64,000 bases of DNA from Thermoproteota archaeon (GCA_037917685.1 JAVCBU010000012.1:1-64000); one strand, 5' to 3'. Positions 39,436-48,078 are shown, counted from the stretch's first letter. Numbers and translations: made by a program. Notes: generated by a model from the sequence alone, not told the origin.

Positions 39436-40107
39436 TAGATTTCTGCTGAAATCTATCTCTACCTTAGCTTTCCCTCCGGCTCTTAGAACCAGGACTAAAA
39501 TGATGAGGGCTATGCTTGCAAGAAGGTATAGGTATGCCCCCGCTTTCAGCCCCCATGACATCTTTCCAAGTTTGAAGCCCATGATCTCGATTACCTCGCC
39601 CCCATATAGAGACAATCCATACTCTTTAAGTTTTGAGGACAATGCAGCTGTGAATAAGGTGAACACGGCTACTCCTACAAGTCCTGATAAAAGATTCACC
39701 TCTTTCCTACCAGTTATCAATGCTATGGCAGACAGCACTAATGGTGTAACTGCAATTATTAAGAACTTATGTAGGGCAGAGTTTAGCTGCTCCAGCTGGG
39801 GAGACTCTTTGAAGGCCTCGCCTAGGTATTCTGTAAGTTGAGCCGCTGCTCCTTTAAGCCCTGAAGGTGATATTGACAATAGTTCCCCAGATAGAAGGGG
39901 AGCATTAATCTTCACACTCCACCAAGGTAAGAAAAGTGATACGGCTAACGATAAAATCAGAATTATAGTTGCCAAATTATGGAGGCTGCTTTGACGCTGG
40001 AGAGTCGGCTCAAATGTGGGTATTAAGCGTTTGCCGCACCTTATGCAGAACTCGGCATGCGGTGGATTTTTATAGCCACAGTGGGGACAAGTAATACTAA
40101 TATCCAT
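39427..40107 (-). CDS. Zinc-ribbon domain membrane protein
   Basis: CPHCG..NP..A.FC..CG followed by 4 TM helices with LPWW. Confidence 0.8.
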   Translation of the reverse strand: MDISITCPHCGYKNPPHAEFCIRCGKRLIPTFEPTLQRQSSLHNLATIILILSLAVSLFLPWWSVKINAPLLSGELLSISPSGLKGAAAQLTEYLGEAFKESPQLEQLNSALHKFLIIAVTPLVLSAIALITGRKEVNLLSGLVGVAVFTLFTAALSSKLKEYGLSLYGGEVIEIMGFKLGKMSWGLKAGAYLYLLASIALIILVLVLRAGGKAKVEIDFSRNLSP

Positions 40108-40384
40108 CTTAGTAATCTGCTATTAGCTCCATTAATAAATTTATGCATCTAACCCGTATTGTTTAAAGTCCATAACTCTATGCCTATGCTACGGAAAGTT
40201 AAGGTTTAAGGTTTAAAGCACACATTTTGGACTGGGGGTATTTTGAAGTATACCACAGATTCTAAGCTTGCATCAAAGCTCGAAGAGCTTTTAGGAGAGA
40301 AAAGGTAGCCGACCAGGAATGTATTCTTCCGTCTTACTCAATGATTTCATTAAATATATTTAGTTTTATCACAGAATAGTTAAA

Positions 40385-40392
40385 TTTATATA
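40385..40392 (+). promoter_or_regulatory. TATA box for the 40415 RNA
   Basis: TTTATATA centred ~26 nt upstream of G40415; no credible plus-strand CDS starts at that point. Confidence 0.6.
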
Positions 40393-40414
40393 GGCTACAG
40401 GTTATCTATTTATT

Positions 40415-40570
40415 GGGCGCCGGAATAGCTGGCTACAAACCCTTGATATAAGCGTACTACAATAAGACGGTTATCCTTAGAACGATGTTATCCGCTGCAG
40501 GCTTGGAACAACATTTTAAGTGGTTCAACCAGCCTGCGGCAGCCTCAGGATGCTTCCGGCGCCCACATCT
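40415..40570 (+). ncRNA. Candidate ~150-nt structured ncRNA (H/ACA-like or tRNA-acceptor mimic)
   Basis: Terminal helix GGGCGCCGGAA/TTCCGGCGCCC; internal 10-bp stem 40494-40503/40531-40540 with a U-G pair; 3' CCCACA; TATA box upstream; T-rich tail. Confidence 0.65.
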
Positions 40571-40837
40571 CTTTATGATAGGATCGCTGGGACAGGTTTC
40601 TAACTGCATGTTTCTTCAGGACTGGAACTTTGAAGTTAATGGCACACAGCACATGCATGCAACGAATATGCATTTCCTATAAGGATGTACAGGCCTATCG
40701 AGTCCTGAATGCGGCTGGTTATAAGATTGTAGGATGTTCAGGTGGTTCCGTGCGTGTTTCAATCTGAATGATATTTAACTGGTAGGGAGGGTTAGGAAAT
40801 TTAATTATTTACCTGTTGGGTTTACTTTGGGTCTAAT

Positions 40838-41091
40838 TTGAGGTGTCTAGTTACTGGTGCCTCCGGATTCATCGGTGGTCATCTTGTGGAGAAGCTTGTC
40901 CGTGACGGACATGAGGTTAGAGCGCTGGTCAGACGGACTAGTAATGTTAGCCTGCTTAGAAATCTTGGTGTAGAACTTGTATACGGGGATATTACAGTCC
41001 CAGAAACATTAAGGCCTGTTGTTAAAGACGTAGATGTGGCATGGAGGACACAGTTAAATGGTATAGGGATAACGGGCTTCTGCAAGGGTGA
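40838..41091 (+). pseudogene. NAD-dependent epimerase/dehydratase with a large internal deletion
   Basis: N-terminal VTGASGFIGGHL...GDIT...VD is fused at ~41037, out of frame, to the family C-terminus GMEDTVKWYRDNGLL. Confidence 0.8.
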
Positions 41092-41097
41092 CGAGAA

Positions 41098-41508
41098 GTG
41101 AGGATTCTCATGTGGCACCTCACAAGTTTCAGGTTCAAACCTAAGAGTAAGGGGAGGACAAGTGTTCTGGGGGAGAAAAGGACTGTTGAAGCTGAGAACT
41201 GCCTTCTAGTCTTCTGCATGGTGGAGAAAAAGGACGCTGAGGGTATCTCAAGCGTTGTCGGAAAGGCTTGCAGGGATATAAGAGAGCAGATGTTAAGAAT
41301 AAAAGTGGATACTGTGGTGTTGCATTCGTTCGCCCACCTGTTCGGAGAACCAGCAAGCCCAGATGTAGCCCTGAAAATTTTAAAGCTGATGGAAGAGATA
41401 CTTCTGCAGGACGGTGTAAAAGTTTTGAAAACGCCTTTCGGATGGTTCGGTGAACTTGAGATTAAGGCTAAAGGTCACCCATTATCGAGAGTGGCGAGGA
41501 AATATTAG
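41098..41508 (+). CDS. Free-standing archaeal-type threonyl-tRNA synthetase editing domain
   Basis: MRIL..H, L.F..VE..D, V.LHSFAHL....A.P, PFGW...E....GHPLSR. Confidence 0.88.
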   Translation: MRILMWHLTSFRFKPKSKGRTSVLGEKRTVEAENCLLVFCMVEKKDAEGISSVVGKACRDIREQMLRIKVDTVVLHSFAHLFGEPASPDVALKILKLMEEILLQDGVKVLKTPFGWFGELEIKAKGHPLSRVARKY

Positions 41509-41844
41509 AATACTACGGATACATTGAGATTCTGTTGATGCTAGGATGCAAAATCCGTACTAAGGGAAGGCTCGACGATGCATCTACGACTGCATGAAAG
41601 ATTAGAGAGGCATTAGGCTTCTAGTTCTTCCCAGCAGAGTAAGCCTAAGCAGCCTGAATCATGGTTGCTCTTGCAAATGTTTCATCGAACGAGACCCCTG
41701 CCATCCTGCTATTGGCGTGCAAATAGACTCCTGAAGGAAAGCCCTAAGAAGAACTCTTCAGGGATCCTTACAAGCTGCAACAGGCACTTGGCGCCTTTGA
41801 CGTGAAATGTTAAAATATAAAAGTTCATCTAGGTCTTGCGGGTT

Positions 41845-42594
41845 ATGGCCGACTTTAGAATAGTCCACATATCAGATGTTCATTTCACATCTCAACATTT
41901 TAGCAGGGAATTATGGGAGAGTACTGTTCGGGCTACGAGAGAGTTTAATCCTGACTTGGTGGTAGTGTCGGGGGATCTAACTGATGATGGCTATCCACAT
42001 GAGTATGAGGTTGCTGTAGACAGGCTTAGAGACCTGTCTGATTTCAGGATGCTCGTAGTACCCGGAAACCACGACTCTAGAAATTATGGCTACACGATTT
42101 TTGAGAGGATATTCAAAACAAGATACCCATTTTTCAAGGGAGACTTCGTTAGAATCGTGGGGGTAGATTCAAGCGAGCCTGATATTGATGACGGACATGT
42201 CGGGCGGCTGGCATATCGTATAGTCTCCGAAAAGCTTGAGGGATTTAAAGGTGTTAAGATTGTTGTTCTCCATCACCATTTAATCCCTATCCCAGGAACC
42301 GGGAGGGAGAGGAACATACCCGTAGATGCCGGCGACTTTCTTGAACTCTTAGATAGGCTTAAGGTTTCCATTGTCCTTTGCGGGCACAAACATGTGCCAT
42401 GGATTTGGAAACTTAACGACATGTATATTGTGAATGCGGGAACTGCTTCAACTTTAAGGCTTAAAGCATACCAGCCACCTTCATTTAACAAGATATGGAT
42501 AGGTAGGGGAGGGCGGTTTAGGATTGTAAGGGTAAATGTTAACACGGGAGATGAGAGGACGGTGCTGGAAGGATTCTTGAAAGCTGACATTTAA
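41845..42594 (+). CDS. Calcineurin-like metallophosphoesterase (CpdA/Icc-like)
   Basis: HISDVH, SGDLTD, PGNHD, HHH, GHKH. Confidence 0.92.
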   Translation: MADFRIVHISDVHFTSQHFSRELWESTVRATREFNPDLVVVSGDLTDDGYPHEYEVAVDRLRDLSDFRMLVVPGNHDSRNYGYTIFERIFKTRYPFFKGDFVRIVGVDSSEPDIDDGHVGRLAYRIVSEKLEGFKGVKIVVLHHHLIPIPGTGRERNIPVDAGDFLELLDRLKVSIVLCGHKHVPWIWKLNDMYIVNAGTASTLRLKAYQPPSFNKIWIGRGGRFRIVRVNVNTGDERTVLEGFLKADI

Positions 42595-42707
42595 CCTGTA
42601 AGGTTGCTCCCTAAATCCATGTTGTATACTGGTTCAACCTTGAGATGCATAGTTGAGCACTGTTAAATTTAAGTAGGGAGAACATAGGATGTCTATGAGG
42701 TGATTTT

Positions 42708-44294
42708 TTGTTTAGGGCTCCACGTGGTATGAGGGATATCGTAGGGGAGGAAATGGATTTTTGGTGTTGGGTTGAAGACACAGTGAGGTGTGTTTTTGAG
42801 AGTTTCGGATATAAGCGGGTTGAAACCCCGATATTTGAGCATTTTGACCTTTTCGCCCTTCGTTCGGGTGAGGAGATTAGAAATAGAATGTTTGTGTTTA
42901 GGATTGATGAGGGGGAGGTCGCCCTTAGACCTGAGATTACGGCGTCGATTGCAAGATTGGTCTCCTCAGGTCTTGAGGGTGCTCTACCCTATAGGCTCTA
43001 CTACATTGGAAGATGCTTCCGATATGAGGAGCCGCAGTCTGGAAGGTATAGAGAGTTCTGGCAGGCGGGTGTTGAGCTTGTGGGAAGCGGTAGACCGGAG
43101 GCTGATGCTGAACTATTAATTCTTGCCTACGAGGTTGCCGAGAACGTCGGGCTTCGAGACTTCAACCTTAAGATTGGCGATATGAGCATTATCAGGGGGT
43201 TACTGGAGGACTTTAATGTGCCGACTGAGGTGCAAAATAGGATAATTACACCGTTGGATAAGCTTTCAAGTAGTACTGACAGGCTTAGGGCGTTTCTCAC
43301 AAAGGTTAGGAGAGAGGGAAAGCTTGACAGCTTGGAGGTTAAAGAGCTTGCTAGGATAGCTGATAGCCTCAGAATGTGGAGGATTAAAGAGGCTGAGAAG
43401 ATTTCAGCCGGGTTATCGAAGATTCCACGTGAGCACTGGGAATTCGTAGAGGAGGATCCAAGAATATATCTTCTTGAGGAGTTAAATAGCCAAGGAAAAA
43501 CCAGGGAGCTCGCGAACTTTATAGCTGATACTATTGAAGGGCTTAGGAAGGCTTTAATGTTGGAATGGGCATATAACGGGGTTGATACTGTTAGTGGAAA
43601 ATACTTTCTGGATCCAAAGGCCTCAAGCATGTTGTTCGACCTGATAGGGATTTCGGGTGCTCCTTCGAAATGTATCTCCAAGGTCGACGCATTGGTAAAG
43701 GATCTGAAGAGGGCAGCAGACTCTGTAGAGAGATTCGAAACGATTATAGAGCTTGTAGAAGAGGCCGAATTAAGGTTTACTGTTGACTTTGGCCTTGCTA
43801 GGGGCTTGGAGTACTATACTGGAATGGTTTTTGAAATCGACTATCCCGGGCTTGGAGCTGAAAAGCAGATCTGCGGTGGAGGCAGGTATGACCAGTTAAT
43901 ACAAGAGTTTGGAGGACGTCCTACCCCAGCTCTAGGATTTGGTTATGGCTTGGACAGGCTCGTGCTTGCAGCCATGGACTCCAATTTAAAACCAGCGGTT
44001 CCAAGTAAAAGGCTTTTCCTAGTCCCTATAAGTCCAGACGTGGCTGGATATGCTCTAAAGGTCGCTAGGATGCTACATCACGTAGTAAATCTAACATTTG
44101 ATCTCAAGATTAGAGGTGTCAGAGAGGGATTATCCTATGCTTCAAAGAAGGGTTACAGGTACGCAGCTATCATTGGCAGGTCTGAAAAGGAATACGGAAA
44201 AGTTACTATCAAGGATCTTCAGAGTGGTATGCAGGAAACTATACCACTTGACGGAGTCATAGACTACTTGGTGTCAAAAGATGAGGAGAATTAA
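42708..44294 (+). CDS. hisS: Histidyl-tRNA synthetase with an enlarged insertion domain
   Basis: PRG.RD, LRPE.T, FRYE.PQ.GRYREF.Q..VE, RGLEYYTG..FE, GGGRYD, GFGYGLDRL and a C-terminal anticodon-binding domain; 528 aa. Confidence 0.9.
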   Translation: MFRAPRGMRDIVGEEMDFWCWVEDTVRCVFESFGYKRVETPIFEHFDLFALRSGEEIRNRMFVFRIDEGEVALRPEITASIARLVSSGLEGALPYRLYYIGRCFRYEEPQSGRYREFWQAGVELVGSGRPEADAELLILAYEVAENVGLRDFNLKIGDMSIIRGLLEDFNVPTEVQNRIITPLDKLSSSTDRLRAFLTKVRREGKLDSLEVKELARIADSLRMWRIKEAEKISAGLSKIPREHWEFVEEDPRIYLLEELNSQGKTRELANFIADTIEGLRKALMLEWAYNGVDTVSGKYFLDPKASSMLFDLIGISGAPSKCISKVDALVKDLKRAADSVERFETIIELVEEAELRFTVDFGLARGLEYYTGMVFEIDYPGLGAEKQICGGGRYDQLIQEFGGRPTPALGFGYGLDRLVLAAMDSNLKPAVPSKRLFLVPISPDVAGYALKVARMLHHVVNLTFDLKIRGVREGLSYASKKGYRYAAIIGRSEKEYGKVTIKDLQSGMQETIPLDGVIDYLVSKDEEN

Positions 44295-45510
44295 CATCTG
44301 CACAGTTGGGTGCAGAGGAACTGGAAAGTCAACCCTTACAGGCAGGCTACTTTTAAGGCTAGGTAGGTTTTCACCAGATGATGTAAATAGATGCATAAGA
44401 ATCGCACAAAAGATAGGTAAAGCAGGCTCGGAATATGCATTTCTAGTGGACAGGCTTCTTGAAGAGAGAATAAAGGGAAGAAGCCTAAAGAGTCATATGG
44501 TTAAAGCCGCTGCCGATGGCAACATACTTAGAATCATAGATACACCAGGCTATCCCCATAATATCGGTGAAACTGTTTTAGCACTTAACATATCGGAGGC
44601 CGTCCTCATCCTTACAAGCTATAAAGAAATCGTGGAGAAAAGCCTCACTCTCAAAGACCTCCTTAGAACCGTATTCATATTCGGTCCTAGGAGAATAATA
44701 CCTGTTATAAATCTTAAAGAGGATATAAATGGAGAAAGATTTATAGAGGCATCCGAAGAGTTTAGAAAGATATTGTTGGATGAGAAACTTCTGAATAGAG
44801 TTGTTTGCGACCCGATTCCCATATCAGCCTATGAAGGCTTAAACCTGTGGAACAAAAATTTGGAATGGTATAAGGGTAACCCTCTACTTGATGTAATCCT
44901 TGATCTCAGAGTATACCCTCTACTTAAGGAACCTGCTAGAGCAATAGTTTACAATGTTACAGGTGAGGCCGGAATACCTCTTGTTCACATGCTTAGAGGA
45001 TCGATTAAGGTGGGGGAAAGAGTCCTCCTCTCCCCAGCATCGATAATAGGGAGGGTAGTGGAAGCTGAATCATGGGGGGAGAGGATTAACACGGTATCTT
45101 GGGGGATGGATGCTGGTTTAAGGCTGGAAGGGATAGCGAGGTACCATATTAAAAGAGGGAACCTCATATCGAAGCTTGAAGGAGCCCCCACGGTTTCAAA
45201 CAAGTTCGAAGCATACATCCACTTGTACCACGGGAAATTAAAACCTGGCATGACATTTGCAGCCCAGATGACATACGAGACAGCTCAGTTTAGAGTACTT
45301 GAAGTTCATAATAGATCTCCCCGGGAAGGCGCCACTACTGAAAGTTTAGAGGGGGAGGCGGCAAGCGTCATAGTTGAAGCTGATAGGGACGTAGCATTTG
45401 ACCCTGTCGGTTACGGGCTGAGGACATGCCGGTTCATGCTTAGAGGAGGCATCCCCGGGCGTCGGGGAAGCTGGGTAATAGGATATGGAGATTTTATAGG
45501 TGGTATATGA
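44281..45510 (+). CDS. Divergent EF-1alpha/EF-Tu paralog (three-domain translational GTPase-like protein)
   Basis: G1 GCRGTGKSTL.GRLL, YAFLVDRL.EER..G, IIDTPG, ISAYEG.N; domain II G.IKVG..V...P...IKRG; domain III PTV...F.A...RF.LR. Confidence 0.8.
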   Translation: MRRINICTVGCRGTGKSTLTGRLLLRLGRFSPDDVNRCIRIAQKIGKAGSEYAFLVDRLLEERIKGRSLKSHMVKAAADGNILRIIDTPGYPHNIGETVLALNISEAVLILTSYKEIVEKSLTLKDLLRTVFIFGPRRIIPVINLKEDINGERFIEASEEFRKILLDEKLLNRVVCDPIPISAYEGLNLWNKNLEWYKGNPLLDVILDLRVYPLLKEPARAIVYNVTGEAGIPLVHMLRGSIKVGERVLLSPASIIGRVVEAESWGERINTVSWGMDAGLRLEGIARYHIKRGNLISKLEGAPTVSNKFEAYIHLYHGKLKPGMTFAAQMTYETAQFRVLEVHNRSPREGATTESLEGEAASVIVEADRDVAFDPVGYGLRTCRFMLRGGIPGRRGSWVIGYGDFIGGI

Positions 45511-46295
45511 TGATTAGGGAGCTTTTTAAATGTGACAAGCCCCTCATTGGGGTAGTTCATCTCGAGCCACTCCCAGGCGCCCCTCTTCACAAGCTTAAGA
45601 TGGACGAAATAATAGAGACAGCGCTAGACGATGCCAAGGCATTGTGTAATGGAGGAGTAGATGGAATAATAATAGAGAACTATGGAGATGCGCCCTACTA
45701 TCCGAGGAGGGTTCCCCCGTTTACGGTAGCAGCTATGGCTATTATAGTGAGGCACGTTGTTAAGGCTGTAGATATACCTGTGGGGGTTAACGTCTTGAGA
45801 AACGATTGGAGGTCATCACTATCTATAGCCCATGTGACAGAAGCGTCGTTCATAAGAGTGAATATTCTCTCTGGAAGTTATATTACTGACCAGGGATACA
45901 TTGAAGGCGAAGCACACCTGCTACAGAGGTTAAAAAGGTATCTTAATAGTAGGGTGAAGGTGTTTGCAGACATCGATGTTAAACATGCCGGGAGGATAGT
46001 TCAAAGGCCGTTAGAGGATGAAGCGAGGGATCTATCCGAGAGGTCTCTCGCCGATGCAATAATAGTTACTGGTGAAGCGACCGGCAAGCCTCCACGGATT
46101 GAAAAGGTGAAGATTGTAAAGGAGGCTGTGGGAGACAAGCCTGTGATTGTTGGCAGCGGGTTGACTCCTGAAAATATAGCCTCGTATCTTCGAATATGCG
46201 ATGGCTTTATAGTGGGAACCTATTTCAAGAGAGGACGAAGAGTAAACATAGAGAAGGTTAAAGCACTAGTCTCTATGGTCAAGCAAAGCTCATAG
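45507..46295 (+). CDS. BtpA/SgcQ family TIM-barrel protein
   Basis: IGVVHL.PLPG.P, IENYGD.PY, GVNVLRND, ADI.VKH, TG..TG, GSG....N, IVGT.FK. Confidence 0.93.
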   Translation: MMIRELFKCDKPLIGVVHLEPLPGAPLHKLKMDEIIETALDDAKALCNGGVDGIIIENYGDAPYYPRRVPPFTVAAMAIIVRHVVKAVDIPVGVNVLRNDWRSSLSIAHVTEASFIRVNILSGSYITDQGYIEGEAHLLQRLKRYLNSRVKVFADIDVKHAGRIVQRPLEDEARDLSERSLADAIIVTGEATGKPPRIEKVKIVKEAVGDKPVIVGSGLTPENIASYLRICDGFIVGTYFKRGRRVNIEKVKALVSMVKQSS

Positions 46296-46361
46296 CTATA
46301 AATACTGGCATTAATCAAGGAATATTAAAATGTAAGTAGGGTTAAATCGTGTGATGAAATT

Positions 46362-46736
46362 ATGACTGAGATGATGCAGATATATAGATGCAACATCTGT
46401 GGAAATATGATAATGGTTTTAAAGGCTGGTGCTGGAACTCTCGTATGCTGCGGTCAGCCGATGGAACTGTTAAAAGAGAAAACCGAGGAGTCAGGTATGG
46501 AAAAACATGTACCGGTTATTGAAAGAAAGGAAAATGTTGCAACAATAAAGGTTGGTTCTATACCTCACCCCATGGAGGAGAACCATTACATCAATTGGAT
46601 AATGGTTACAGATGACAATAGAGTATACATTAGATTCCTAAAGCCTGGTGAAAAACCGGAAGCAGAATTCAAGGTTGATGGTGAAAAAATAGGGGCAAGG
46701 GAGTACTGTAACCTCCACGGCCTTTGGAAGTCATAG
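46362..46736 (+). CDS. dfx: Desulfoferrodoxin (2Fe superoxide reductase)
   Basis: Y.C..CGN...LVCCGQPM, EKHVP, HPMEE.HYI.WI, YCNLHGLW. Confidence 0.97.
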   Translation: MTEMMQIYRCNICGNMIMVLKAGAGTLVCCGQPMELLKEKTEESGMEKHVPVIERKENVATIKVGSIPHPMEENHYINWIMVTDDNRVYIRFLKPGEKPEAEFKVDGEKIGAREYCNLHGLWKS

Positions 46737-46743
46737 CATACTG

Positions 46744-48078
46744 TTATCCTGAGACCTTTACTCCCTTTATTCTTAGGTGTGGGGTTAGTATGTTCCCCAC
46801 TTTTTTAACTTCCCTACCTACCTCATCGACCTTCCGGATTAGGTCTTTCATGTTCCCAGCGATCATAGCCTGCTTCACCGGGCTCTCTATTTCGCCATTC
46901 TTTATGGTGTAGGCTGGCGAGGCCACCACTGAGAATTCCCCTGATGAGATGTTCGCGGTATGTACTCCCATGAGACTTATAACGTAGATGCCGTTCTCTA
47001 TCTCGGAGACAAGCTCCTGGAAGCTTTTCATGCCTGGCTCTACTATGAGGTTCGTCGGGCCGATGGAAGGCTCACTATTATAGTTTCTCCTAGCATTTCC
47101 CGTGCTTTCCTCTCCTGCCTTATTCGCCCAGTAGGTATCGTATAGGTAGTTTTTTAGAATTCCGTTCTCTATTAGAGGCTTTTTCATGGTTGGGTGTCCT
47201 TCGCCGTCGAACGGTGAGGAACTGTAGCCTCCGGTGAGGGTTCCATCATCTATTATTGTAAGCTTCTTGGAGGCGATGGCTTCTCCCTTAAGCCTTGCGA
47301 AAGGTGTTTTCCCCTTATACACATTGTCTCCCGACAGCTCCGGGATAAGTATGCCTTCTAGGATTGATGATACGGCGAATGGATGAAGGATTACTTCCAT
47401 CTCCCTTGTTTCTATAGGCTTTTTACCAAGTTGTGAGAGAGCCATCTCAGCCGCCTCCCTCGCCAGTTTTACATGGTCGAACTCTTTAAGGCTTCTAGAT
47501 GCTTCGAAATCGTAGCCCATCCCTGTTTCACCGTTCTGGGCTGAAATTAGATATATGGAGGCATATATGAAGCTTCCTTTCTCCGATGCTTCCACGCCAT
47601 GGCTGTTTGCAATTGTATATTCTGAGAATCCATATCCAGCCCCGCCGCTTCCAGCTACGATTCTTTTGTCAACCTTAGCATTGTCTATAAGTTCCATGCT
47701 GATTTTCATTGTGTCGTCAGCGTCTAATGATTCTATTTCAGGATCGTATAGGCCCTTAACCTTCGGGAGGGGTTTCGGCTCCGTCATCGAAACCCATGAC
47801 TTGTCCTCAGGCTTCCTGGAAGCTATTCTTAAGGCCTTGTCAATGGCGGCTTCCACCGACTGCATGTCTAGCTTAGTAGCGTAGGCGAACCCTACACGTT
47901 TATTCTTAACCACTCTTACCCCTATACCTGCGTCGTAGCTTTGATTTGCATACTTAACGTTAAGCTTCTCGAAAACTATTGATACGCTTCTACCTGCTGA
48001 AATATATGCTTCAGCTTCATCTGCTCCTTTAATTTCTGCAAGTTTTACAGCCTTAACCGCGAGCTCAACTAGGCTCAT
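46744..48078 (-). CDS. TldE/PmbA family protein
   Basis: FDGEG.P, L.NYLYD, STGNA.R; lacks HExxH. Confidence 0.9.
   Translation of the reverse strand: MSLVELAVKAVKLAEIKGADEAEAYISAGRSVSIVFEKLNVKYANQSYDAGIGVRVVKNKRVGFAYATKLDMQSVEAAIDKALRIASRKPEDKSWVSMTEPKPLPKVKGLYDPEIESLDADDTMKISMELIDNAKVDKRIVAGSGGAGYGFSEYTIANSHGVEASEKGSFIYASIYLISAQNGETGMGYDFEASRSLKEFDHVKLAREAAEMALSQLGKKPIETREMEVILHPFAVSSILEGILIPELSGDNVYKGKTPFARLKGEAIASKKLTIIDDGTLTGGYSSSPFDGEGHPTMKKPLIENGILKNYLYDTYWANKAGEESTGNARRNYNSEPSIGPTNLIVEPGMKSFQELVSEIENGIYVISLMGVHTANISSGEFSVVASPAYTIKNGEIESPVKQAMIAGNMKDLIRKVDEVGREVKKVGNILTPHLRIKGVKVSG

Noticed and set aside
40415-40565. Canonical or intron-containing tRNA
   Set aside because: No D-arm or TTCRAAT T-loop at the right distance from the 3' stem, and no BHB motif. 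The apical UUUUAA loop can be drawn with a UUU or UUA 'anticodon', but that is not supportable.
43266-43600. Intein in HisRS
   Set aside because: No terminal HN followed by C/S/T, and no LAGLIDADG blocks.
42708-44294. HisZ (ATP-PRT regulatory subunit)
   Set aside because: Catalytic HisRS motifs and the anticodon-binding domain are present, and no hisG is adjacent.
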